A stretch of 64,000 nt of DNA. Origin: Eutreptiella sp. 'Long Island Sound 2002' (taxonomy: Eukaryota; Protista; Euglenida). Under the pieces are notes generated by a model. It searched no databases. It was not told where the DNA came from and saw only the letters and a program-made list of their open reading frames with translations. The stretch is from NCBI GenBank assembly GCA_964036045.1, contig OZ038378.1, positions 106,082,001-106,146,000 on the forward strand, given 5' to 3'. The translations under genes were made by a program, and so were the position numbers. Of the stretch, positions 13,215-23,560 are shown in pieces; position 1 is the stretch's first letter, and each line of letters opens with the position of its first letter.

Positions 13215-15039
13215 ACAATTTCTGCTAAAACATGATGTTTCGCTCTCCCTATCGACCACAGAAGCAACCTGACCCGGGTGGTAATGGGGAAGCGGCGCCA
13301 GCAATGGCTGCCGCCCCCTCCGCCGCTTCTTCTTTAGTGCCCGAGGACGCCTCCAGACCGAGCTCCGTGCCGCTTTACAGAAGCAGCAGATGGAGCCGGA
13401 GGGCCTGAGGGCCCGCCTCGAGGCCCAAAAACTCTCCGACAAGAGCGTGGTACCGGATCTCACGCTCAATGGCATCGAGGAGTTCCTGGGTAGGGAGAAG
13501 ATCCTGTAGTGGATGTGCGAGTCGTAAGCAGCTGTGAAGCAATTGTTGTCGGCAAACCAGACGCCCACACGACCACCCGATGCAGTAATTAAGGGACCTC
13601 TTCGGAAGGAATCCAAATATCAGGGGTTGCGGGGATTGTTGCACAAGCTTGTTGCTAAGGCTATTTGTGAAAAATCGGATACTGGTCTGGTTAGTAACCA
13701 GTGTGCTAGGGAGTCCCTCGTTGAGACAAGCACGGGCAAACTCATTGCAGAGTCAGGCCGTGTGGAAGTGATGGCAATGCGTTGTGGAGTCCTTGTTAGC
13801 AGTATCATTAGTTCACTGCCCTTTGGTGCTTGCGTCATCGAGGGGCTTCGCCTCCATGCAGCTGGTTTGCATAACGTAGTTGCGCAGCTGCTTCTGTCCG
13901 GTGTGTCTGTGTTCATTGCGGGTGAGTGTACTGATGTGAAAGCCAGTGTTGCTGCTTTGAAGGCCACTGTAGCTCTGGATATGTCTCAGTGTGATGTTTC
14001 AATTTACATATTGGCCACCAAGACCCCGTTGCATACTTCCACTCCCCATCCGGTTTCCATTTGTTCTGCTACCACCTTTGATTGCAGGTTGCCCATGTCC
14101 TCCATGTGATGCCTGTTGAGATATTCTCATTTCTTTTGAACCTGGTTCCCGTCCGAGAACGGGTAGGCAACTGGTTTTTGTTGGGGACTCTGTCTGTGCA
14201 CTTTGCAAGCGTGATGTGTACCAGGTTTTCCAAGGACTGTAATGTTTTGTGTGCCCTTTTGGGTGAGGAAACTGCTGTGCCTGATTAGTTTGTGCAGTCC
14301 ATCAGATCGGCTATCACCAACGCCGACACGTGCCCCCCCAAGTCATGGGTGGATGTGTACCATGACTTGGGGTTAGGTATGTAGATGAGGACCCTGAGGA
14401 GCAAGATGGCGAGGCAGAGTCGCAACCAGAGACACACACTCCAGAGAAGAAACCCAAAACTGCCCCTACCCCCTCACCTAGTGGCACGCAGTGCACTCAA
14501 GCCACCCCGGCTTCCTCCTTAGGCACTGTGGCCCCTACTAGCACAGATATGAATGCTTTTGTGAATCATTTTTCACCACCCCAGGGTGGAAACAAACAGT
14601 CACGGAGCTCTGCCACCGCCAAGCCTGCTGCCCCAGCCACTACAAAGCCTCTTGCTAACACAGGTGCTGAGGAGCCCCGTGCATCTGGTCTACGCAAGCG
14701 CTAATGCCAGTCCTAATGGTTATATTGGCTGTCAGTATGAAGTATGGCCGAAATTTCGGCCAGCATGCAGTCTTTAGCCTCTTCGGCTTCTTATTATTGT
14801 GTTTCTCCAGAGTCACTGCAAAAGTCTGTTTTGATTGGTTGGGTGGCAAGTGTTTGCTTGTAATTGAGTATATTACGTTGCACACCATGTTGAAATCCCA
14901 GTGCTCCTGTGTTCCTTGCTCCTGTATGCTACAATAGGTACCCGTTTCGGTGATCATTCTCCGAGATTCGATGGACGTGGCCGAACTTTCGGCCAGCTTA
15001 GGCCTGTCTGCCAAATAGGACCATGTGTTTGGACGTTTT

Positions 15040-15552
15040 GAATCATCGCGTGGGAACGCGATGATGCCTAGAGGGGTGCAGACCCTGTTGGCAATCGTCA
15101 CGTGGGCACGCGATGATTGCTAGCGGGGTCTAGACCCTTCTAGGAATCATGGCGTGGGCACGCGATGATTCCCACAGGGGTGCACACCCTATTATGAATC
15201 ATCGTGTGGGCACGCGATGATTCTGAGAGGGGTCTAGACCCGCCAAGCAATCACCGCGTGTTCCGCGATGATTCTTAAAGGGGTCTGATCCCGGTCATGA
15301 ATCATCGCGTGGCCACGCGATGATTCCTAGAGCTTCACAAGTTTCCCACCCCCCACCTGGCGATATGGCCCACGGAGGTCCATGTTGTAGTGAGGGAAAA
15401 AGTATGTGAAAGGGGGTGTTATTTTTTGGGCACGCCATGATACCCACAGGGGTGCAGACCCTATTATGAATCATCGCGTGGGCACGCGACGATTCCTAGA
15501 GGGGTCTAGACTCTCCTAGCAATCACCACGTGGTCACGCGATGATTCCTAGA
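15040..15552 (-). repeat. Satellite I, reverse orientation, interrupted by a unique ~100-bp segment
   Basis: GTGGGCACG loops and GGGGTGCAGACCCT linkers. The non-satellite segment at about 15330-15425 recurs in diverged form at about 15553-15660. Confidence 0.9.
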
Positions 15553-16009
15553 GCTTGGGCGTAAGTAGTTGCCCACCCCCCATCTAGCCATATGGCCCAC
15601 GGAAGTCCATGTTGTAGTGAGGGGACAAGTATGTGAAAAGGGGTCTGACTTTTTGGGTATCCATACCCCCCTGGTGGCAACATGCAAAAACAAAGTGTGT
15701 ATTTCAAACATATGCCATTATTTGCAAATCTGGCAACACACAGACTTTCAAACTAAAGATATTCAATCACCAATATATACTGTTGTTTTACATTTGGACC
15801 GCTGCATTACAGTGCGGGGGGGGGGGGTGCCTATTCTTTCTCTCCCCTTTGTCCCAGGGTGATCACAGAACCCCCCTATACACCACAGGTAAGGGAACCC
15901 CAAAACATACCTTTCATCGAAGCACACAGAAAACCATCCCCAAAGCCTGTACCTGTATTTCCTATGTTAACCAACCTGGCCGAAATTTGGGCAAGCTTCT
16001 AACAAGGTT

Positions 16010-16160
16010 TACGCCCCCTTAGGAGGCATCGCGTGCCCACGCCATGATTCATAAGAGGGTCTACACCCCCTTAGGACTCATCGCGTGCCCACGCGATGAT
16101 TCATAACAAGGTCTACACCCCTCTTGGAATCATCGCGTGCCCACGCGATGATTCCTTCGA
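16010..16160 (+). repeat. Satellite I, short forward array (~3 monomers)
   Basis: GAATCATCGCGTGCCCACGCGATGATTC monomers with GGTCTACACCCC linkers. Confidence 0.9.
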
Positions 16161-18029
16161 CGGAATCCACCCCTTAGGTGGCAGCGGTATTCTGAAGGCG
16201 GTTGAGGAACCCTATGGCGAGATGTAATTTGGATGTGGTGAATCACAGCAGTGCCAGGGCATTGTGTCAAGTCATGTACGCGAACATGGGTTTGCCATAC
16301 CCACCTCGCACGATGGCGGCCGCCATGTGTACTATCGTGAATTTGCTACAGCGCTGTGGGAGCGGCAGGGCTACAGCAAACCGGTCGTTCCGGTGGCCGC
16401 CAGGCCGCACTAGGAGCGGCGAATGAGTGTGAAGCCGACAGAGCAGAAGGCAGTATGGTGCTCATTAGTGCGTGCACTACCTTTGGTTGAATAGTGGCTG
16501 TTCTGGACACGGCGTGATCCATATGCCATCCCTACAATAGGGCATTTCTATGACCTCGTGGTTCCGAGACGTGGGCACTAAGTGGGCCCATTTGTCTGGC
16601 CTCAAGCAACAAGTCGGCTCAAACCACTTTTCAATGACCTGTGGCCGGGTCCCACCTTGCCTGTTCAGTCGGGCAGCAGCCCCTCTCTGCGCAACTGATG
16701 GTTGTCTGAGGCTGCAGCTCCAGCAGCTCGTGTTTGTGTCACCTTGACAGGGCAACAGAGCTTCGACCAAGCTCAGATGCAGCCCGCCCATGGTGTTGCC
16801 TATTGTGTGACCATTGCATGCCAGGGCCTACAAGATCAATGCAACGAACCATTGAGTGAGGACAGCCTTGTGGCAGCGTACACGCTAGGGCGCCACTTCG
16901 CAAATAAGATGCGGGTGCCCATGAAGGACTGTAGTGAGCTGTTGATGCGTTGCAGCCATTTCTGACCAGAGGTACCACACAATCGCCCTGGGCGTCTCCA
17001 TGCACAAGTGGTGGTTGTGAACAACACATGGAGGCATGATGGAGGCTTGGAGATGCTGAATGAATTGATCGCTCACATGGAGGAGGCCGGTGCGCGCCTA
17101 GCATACACACAGCACCCACGTCCACAAGGGCACCCAGGATATGACCCCAATGACTCCACATCCCCCGCAGTAGTGTAGGTGCATGGAGCACCAGTCCTCA
17201 CTACACAGGACCATCCAAGCGGTGAGTCCAACGACCCCATCTTGTCCTCCTCAATACAGGGGCATGGTCCCCCATCACGTGCACTGAGTATGGGCAGCCA
17301 TAGTAGGCTGGCCCCTGGCGGGGTGCCCAGTCCATAAGGCTCCCCCACAGGTGCGATAAATGACTCCACGGCCTCCGCCGCAACGCAAGGGTATGGAGCA
17401 CCAGACCATAGGTCCCAGGACTACACCACAAGTGAGTCACCGTGCATTGCATCTATGGTGAGCCCAGCATGCGTTCTCACACCACAGTCCCCTGGCCCCC
17501 TGGCACTAGTGGACGTTGCATGTCTTCCACCAGCAGCTAGTGATGGAGAGGTGGCAAGTTGCTTGGAGGACTCCCCTGCAATAGTTGCACAGCGGCCTGA
17601 GTAGCCAGTTGCTCTCGATTGTAGTCCTTGCAGCACAGGCATTGTGGCAACGGTGAGGGCATTTAGTCATTCTAGTAGTGATTCTGTCACTCCACAAGTT
17701 GAGTACCCAATTTGGTTGGAACAAAGGAGCATGAGGAGAAAGCAGCCAGCGATTCCACTTCATCCCCTCCCATTAAATGCACCAAGATAGAACCAGGCAC
17801 AAACGAATGCCCTGCCGATGGTGATGCTCCATTGGCCACTGTGCAAAGGAAGCGCATCAAAGCGAAACAAAACCGGGTATTGCCAACCATCAAGTCTTTA
17901 AAGTTACGCCTTTTAGCAGACCAATTCCTTTAAGGGTCCTCTTTGTTTTATTCCGTGGCCCAAAGCATCCATGCAATTGGTAGCGACGCCCCCTAGGCAG
18001 ACGCATCGCCCCGGGCAAAAGCCATTCCG

Positions 18030-18945
18030 GTGTATCGTGAAATGTGTGGCCTTTCAGTTGAGGAGTCTGCACTCACAGTGAATAGGAATCTTGAGAGGGG
18101 GACATGGGGTGCCGGGCCCCAAGGCGGTCTACCTGACCACTTTGCTAGTCGGGCAAAGCATGTGGGTGGTAGTGTGGTGCTGTTGCGAACGAACATGTAC
18201 AACATTGTGCCATTATCATTTGGGACGGACAGTGCGTTGACGTCAGCTACTGTCTGGGTGCCTGGACGTGAAGCTCCACCATGTGTCCATGGGTGTGGAG
18301 ATATGAAGGAGCATTGCCAAAGGGCAACAGTGGTGGTTAATGCTGAGGCACAACATGATTGTCATGTGAGTGGTGGCCATTTCCGGGGAGCAGTCTTCGA
18401 TCACTCACTGCAGGTAGCCCCCTTTTGCACATTGTATGGGATGATGAGCATGTTGCCATATAGGACTAGGCCGGTTGGGGGGTTTAGAGTGCGGCATTTG
18501 CAGCTAGAGGTTGGTGGTATGAAGGGCCACAACAATGCAACACACTTTTGTCACACTCATCTAGTGCAACAAGCGCGGAACTACAAGCCAATGGTGGCCT
18601 TGGTGCACCAAATTGCAAGGGATTTGTTGCCCAAATGGTTCGCATGGACTACCATGCAATTGTCTTGCAATGTGCTTACAAAACCGCATGAGCACTTGCA
18701 TGACTCATCCCTTTGGTCGGCAGTGTTTTCCATATGACAGCACACAAAGGGGCACATATGGGTGGAGGTAGGTGGTGTGTGTAGCGGTCAAGGTGGACGG
18801 AGATGTAGTATATCGAGCTTGGATGGTGGTACACGAGATGGTGCAACGAATGAAATATCACAACAACCGTTGTGGTACGTACAGGTGCATGGCATGCCAC
18901 CTGTTCATGGCATGGGGAGAGGGCTCTGGTGGTGTTATGCTATCG
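18030..18945 (+). pseudogene. TET/JBP-like 2OG-Fe(II) dioxygenase relic
   Basis: WTTMQLSCNVLTKPHEHLHD (HxD decayed to HEH), SAVFSI*QHTKGHIW, and after a frameshift WHATCSWHGERALVVLCY (distal His and the Arg that binds 2-oxoglutarate). Spacing and order resemble the TET/JBP fold. Confidence 0.6.
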
Positions 18946-19079
18946 TGGTGACTAGTGGACACTCCCACCCTGTGACCGTGCATTCCTCCACAAGCCTGCA
19001 TTTGGCTTACATGCAGGTGCATAGTGGGCCACTTGGAGGAGCACCGCGGCGACCATGGGACATGGAGGAAACCACCAAG

Positions 19080-19860
19080 CTTCAACCGGTGTTGGCTTGA
19101 TACAACACTACGATGCCTGCTAGTGGCGACTGGTGGACATGGAGCACAACACCCACGATGCCTTGATGATGGGGGTGTATGGGGGTCATTGTGGCACAAA
19201 GTTGTGGCACGTGTGGGAAGCGGTGCCTACAATCCGTAGGCCATTACTGAAAGGTTGGCCCAGGAGGGTTTCATGTGTGTGACAGTGTGCCGCTGCAGCG
19301 GGCAATACAAGTCCAAAGCCCCTACACGAAAATTCCAACAGATGCAACACACAGAGATGCCTGATTGTTGGAAGTACATGGTGGCCAAGCTGACGGCCGC
19401 TCGTGTAGTGGATTTACATTGCTGCCTGTCTTATGAGCAGATCTTGCAACGGTGTGGTGTGTGTAATGTCAAGCTCCTATGGGAGGGGGGGGGGGCAGGC
19501 ATGGCAACATAGGTACTCCATTTGACGAATCGGGGGCAATGTGTGCAAAAACGTGTGAAGGAGGGAATGAAGGGTCGAACTGTTGGCCTAGCTAATAACC
19601 CCTTGTTTGTGCCTGTGCGGTTGATCTGGGACAGGCACGATTGGTGGCATCCTTTGTCTTCAATGAAGTAGTGGGGTTGCATGTCCACAACCAACAAGAG
19701 TACATGTTGGTTGTGGACCATTATTTTGTGGATATTTTGGAATGGCAATGGTCTTTCCATGCCATGGTGCTACACATTTCAGCAACCAAGAATGAGGGTC
19801 ACTTTGTGGTTCACGTTGTTTTTGACGACAAGTGGTGACTATGTGATGATACCAGAGTGA
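19080..19860 (+). pseudogene. USP/peptidase C19-like deubiquitinase domain relic
   Basis: Cys box-like FNRCWLDTTLRCLL at 19081 and His box AMVLHISATKNEGHFVVHVVFDDKW*LCDDTRV at about 19760-19860. Confidence 0.65.
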
Positions 19861-20552
19861 AGGGCACGAGCCCATCCTTTTTTGCGAAAAGCGACATTCC
19901 TGTTGTGCAAGCGCAAGCCAACCAATGTATTGGTACCAGACATGTCACAGTCCGCCTTTCAACAAACAAGGGCTTCAGCCCTTGGCAGCAAAGGGGACGC
20001 CCAGAGCATGCCTACTGACACCTGTGTGCCAATCATGGCGCTGTCAATAAGTGCATTGCCCCCCCCCCCCCACATGCAGCACCGGGTGCATCAAGGGTTG
20101 GGGACAGGAACAGGAATACAGTTGCCCAGAGCATTCCTACTGACACCTCTATCCCAGCCATGGCGCCGCCACCAGTCGCATTTCCCCCCCACACACACAT
20201 GCAACACAGGGTGCATCAAGGGTTGGAGACAGGAACATTAATACGCATGCCCAGAGCATGCCTGTTGATATGTGTGTAGCTGCCGAGGCGCCGCTACGTC
20301 ATGTTTGTTGTTGCGAGCACGACATCACGTCCGTTGGTGCGAACCAGCCCTCATCAGAATTTTTTGAGACAGTGGCACACTCGTTGCAGAAATGCAAGGT
20401 GCCAGTGGCGAGGCATTTGGAAGTGCGTGTTGAGGCACACCAGATGCAACTTAGAGCACGGCATGTAAACGAGTAGGATGAGCGGCATGCAGAGCATGGT
20501 ATGTCACAAATGTTAGTGGCACAGTCGGTGGAACAAGACAGCATGCGGTCCA

Positions 20553-23500
20553 TTGCATTGGCTGCAGCGGGGAGGGCTATGCATGCTGATGCAAGCTGCT
20601 CCGATGCAACCAGATAGTTGTCCGAAGACAGTACAAGCGTTCGGGGACGGTCATTGGCAGTATCAGTTTAGATCATGCGGGGGTGTTGGGTGTGTATGTT
20701 ATGCGTGGGCTAATGTGTGTGGCTTTCCTAGGGTGGCATGCCCCCCTCGGGCTAGTATTGCCCTGCTACTGGGAGACCGTGGTAAAGGAATGCGCATGAA
20801 GACTTTTAACCCCAAAACATGGCGTAGGGAAGTGTTGGAGAGCCACTTGGGGTTGTCACGTGGCACAACATCATCACTAAGGAATGTGCACAGGCCACGG
20901 CACCGCCACCGACTGGCGTAGCAGAATATCAGGCAGCATTGTGTAGAACGTTACCGCGCATTGTGACCCACTACTGCCATCGCTAAAGTGGTGGGAGGGA
21001 ACATTGTGTTACTCAGGGGGGCGGCCATGGACTTTGGTGTGCCATTGACTGGTGGTGAGGCAGCAGCTTTGTCACGGTTGGTTGAGGTGTATATTGGGTT
21101 ACGCATGTGCACTTGCATCCGTGCAATAAGTGAGCAGATGCTTCTTCATTGCTCTTTGCCATCGGCCCGTGAGAAGGGCACTGCAGCAATGTATGATGCC
21201 ATGCAAGACGATGTAACAAAAATCCTACACCTGGCAACCTTCATTGCACTGTTGCTTGACGGATCGGGCAGGCAAAGGGATCGCATCAATGAGTATGCCA
21301 TTCTGCTTGTTTTCCTTGGGACCGCCCTAGGAGGCATGTGTGAAGTGTTCCTCGGTATTATGGATGTCGTGTGTGGTGATGCACAGGAGATTACAAAGCA
21401 CCTAGAATGTGTGTTGCAGTCACGGATTCCATATGGCGATTGGTGGACGCAGAGGGTTGGTGACCTCTGCAGTGGACGGGGCTTCTAACCTTGGTGTGCG
21501 GGGTGCCGGTGCACGGCAAGTTATTGATGTCTCTATCATTCAGAACACTGTGTTTGCCCTCATTGGGACGTGGTTGGTCCCGATGACCCCCCCCGGGTGA
21601 GCGGTGCCATGTGTTGCAGTGCAAGGTGGGTAATGCATTGGAGGCTGTTGGCCCAACCCATACTGATTGCAAGGCAGCCGTGCATCGCCAACGGGACTTG
21701 TACAACGGGGTACGGCAATGGAAGGAGTTGCAAAAGTGTGTGCACGACCATGATCATGATAAACGTAGTTGTGAGCAACTCATCCCCACAAGTCATCGCC
21801 TTAGGTGGTCGCATGCAAATGCACGGCGCAACACTGTGTTTTTGGCCAATGTCCCTTGGCTGGCAGGGCACTTGGATCTGAAGGTGCCGCATTCCACCAA
21901 AGAGGAGGATGTCTCGGAGGACTGCCATGATGCCACTTTGCTTGCATGGGGGGTGGTGTATGGGGACATCTTGCATGGCATGCGGCGTTTTAACAATGTG
22001 GCACAACTGCGCGCGCCCACTAGTGCACATTTAGCCGCTGTCACAGGTGTGCCACAGCCACTGATGCAGAAGATGGCTCCAGAAGAGGGTGCAGGCTAGT
22101 TGCAGTTCAAGGAGCAAGCTCTAGCAGGTACATGGCATGGTGTGCAGCTCGTCGAGCTTGATTCAGGCGGGTAGAAGTGTGTAGCAACCCCCCCTTTTCC
22201 AGGCGTTCAGGCCCGTGCGATAACAGATGTGTTGCTTGCAGGCATCAACGAGGGCCATACAGCAATTGGTCGCAGGGGGGTGTTCGTGTGCGCAGTGGTG
22301 TTGGACCATGGCCGTTCGCTGGCTCTGCCGGTCAGTGAGTGTGCCGCATATGGCGTACAACAATTTTGTCCATTCATGGCTTCACACTGAGATGAGTTGC
22401 GTGCAGCGCATGTGAACGGCCACCGTGCCTTGGCAGAGTGGGCAGGCCTTAAGGAGCACATCGTACGGCACTTTGCAAATGTGCAAATGTGCAAGATGTG
22501 GAAGGCCTTGGCCCCTGAAAAGGCGTGCACCGTCGGTGAACATGTCGTGTGTTCTTGCGTTGTTGCCAACATATTGCCCTGCTAAATGTGCTATAGAGCG
22601 TGCCATCTTGTTGCGTGGGAGGTTCTGCGCACGTATGGAGGACATTGTGGAGACACATGTCCTGAGCATGTGCATGGCATTGCATTCCAACTTGCCCCCT
22701 TGACAGCAATGTGCAAAGTTACAAGGCGTTGCAGTGGCACGCCACCTAGCTGCCCGTGCACGTTTTGATCTGCGACCAAGACAGAGGGTTTCACAGGAGG
22801 TAAATGCACGAGAATCTGTGGAAGCTACGATGCTTCAATGTCTGCAAGGTAATGAAACACTGGCTGATGATAGTAGCATCGTGCCCTTCTTTGGAGGGCG
22901 GAGTACAAGATGGACCTCAACGGCACCCTCAAGAAAGGGCACGGAACGGCACAGGGCAGATGTGGTCCCCGTTGTTGCATGCTAACAATCATGACTTCAT
23001 CACCTTTGGTAGAGGTGTGCACTGTGGCACATGGAAGCAGGTGATTCATATCCGGTGCAACATATGTCTCCTGTGCCATGCATGCTTTTCTGCAGGTCCT
23101 ACTCCTTGATGAGAGGTGGTGGTTAATATTGCAGATGATGTCTGTGACGAAGGTGAGAACATGTTGCAAGGTTGCAACGTTGCAACGGCAGAGGAATCGG
23201 CAACACCCCGTAAGCCAGACAAGGGGCGTCGTGTCGCCGGGACGCAGGCAAAGTTAGTCATGGCAACGCAGAATGGCAAGCTGCGCGACCGGGCAAGGGG
23301 GGCGTTGTTGCACTAACTCAATATGCTTGGTGTGAAGGTACCAAGTGGCAGCAATCGTTCACAATCAATGGACCTTGCTACGTAGCATGTGTTGCCTTTG
23401 TTGGCACAGTGGGATGCCTTTGTGCCGGATACAGACCGTGTCACCCGTTTTGCAGCACCGTCAAGCAGCTCCGAACCCTGCTGCTTCCAACTGGTTGATG

Positions 23501-23560
23501 ACATGGATGGACTCATCGATGAAGAAAATGATTCTGCCCCACCCATTAACATGTGCCTAT
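20553..23560 (+). pseudogene. hAT-superfamily transposase relic
   Basis: FIALLLDGSG (D1), EVFLGIMDV, DWW...VTSAVDGASNLGVRG (D2), EPCHVLQ (CxxH-like region), HRLRWS (RW), CKVMKHWLMIVASCPSLEGG (C-terminal dimerisation region with catalytic E), then an acidic tail. Many frameshifts and stops. Confidence 0.75.

Larger units (their letters stand above)
8436..15995. repeat. Dispersed 20-bp palindrome, consensus CTGGCCGAAATTTCGGCCAG, 10 copies
   Basis: Copies start at about 8436, 8551, 8620, 10895, 10963, 11922, 12320, 14744, 14977 and 15976. The consensus is a perfect palindrome. I did not see it elsewhere in the window. Confidence 0.85.

Noticed and set aside
12726-13616. 296-aa minus-strand ORF
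   Set aside because: It is mostly antisense to the recombinase-like motifs on the plus strand and has no recognisable domain, so it is treated as a shadow ORF.
8150-15040. Polinton-like virus or virophage with tyrosine recombinase
   Set aside because: No capsid, packaging ATPase, protein-primed polymerase or primase-helicase motifs were recognised.
15545-16012. Short hAT-like MITE with TAGAGCTTG...CAAGCTTCTA ends
   Set aside because: The left match overlaps the satellite monomer (GATTCCTAGAG), the inverted match is short and gapped, and there is no 8-bp TSD.
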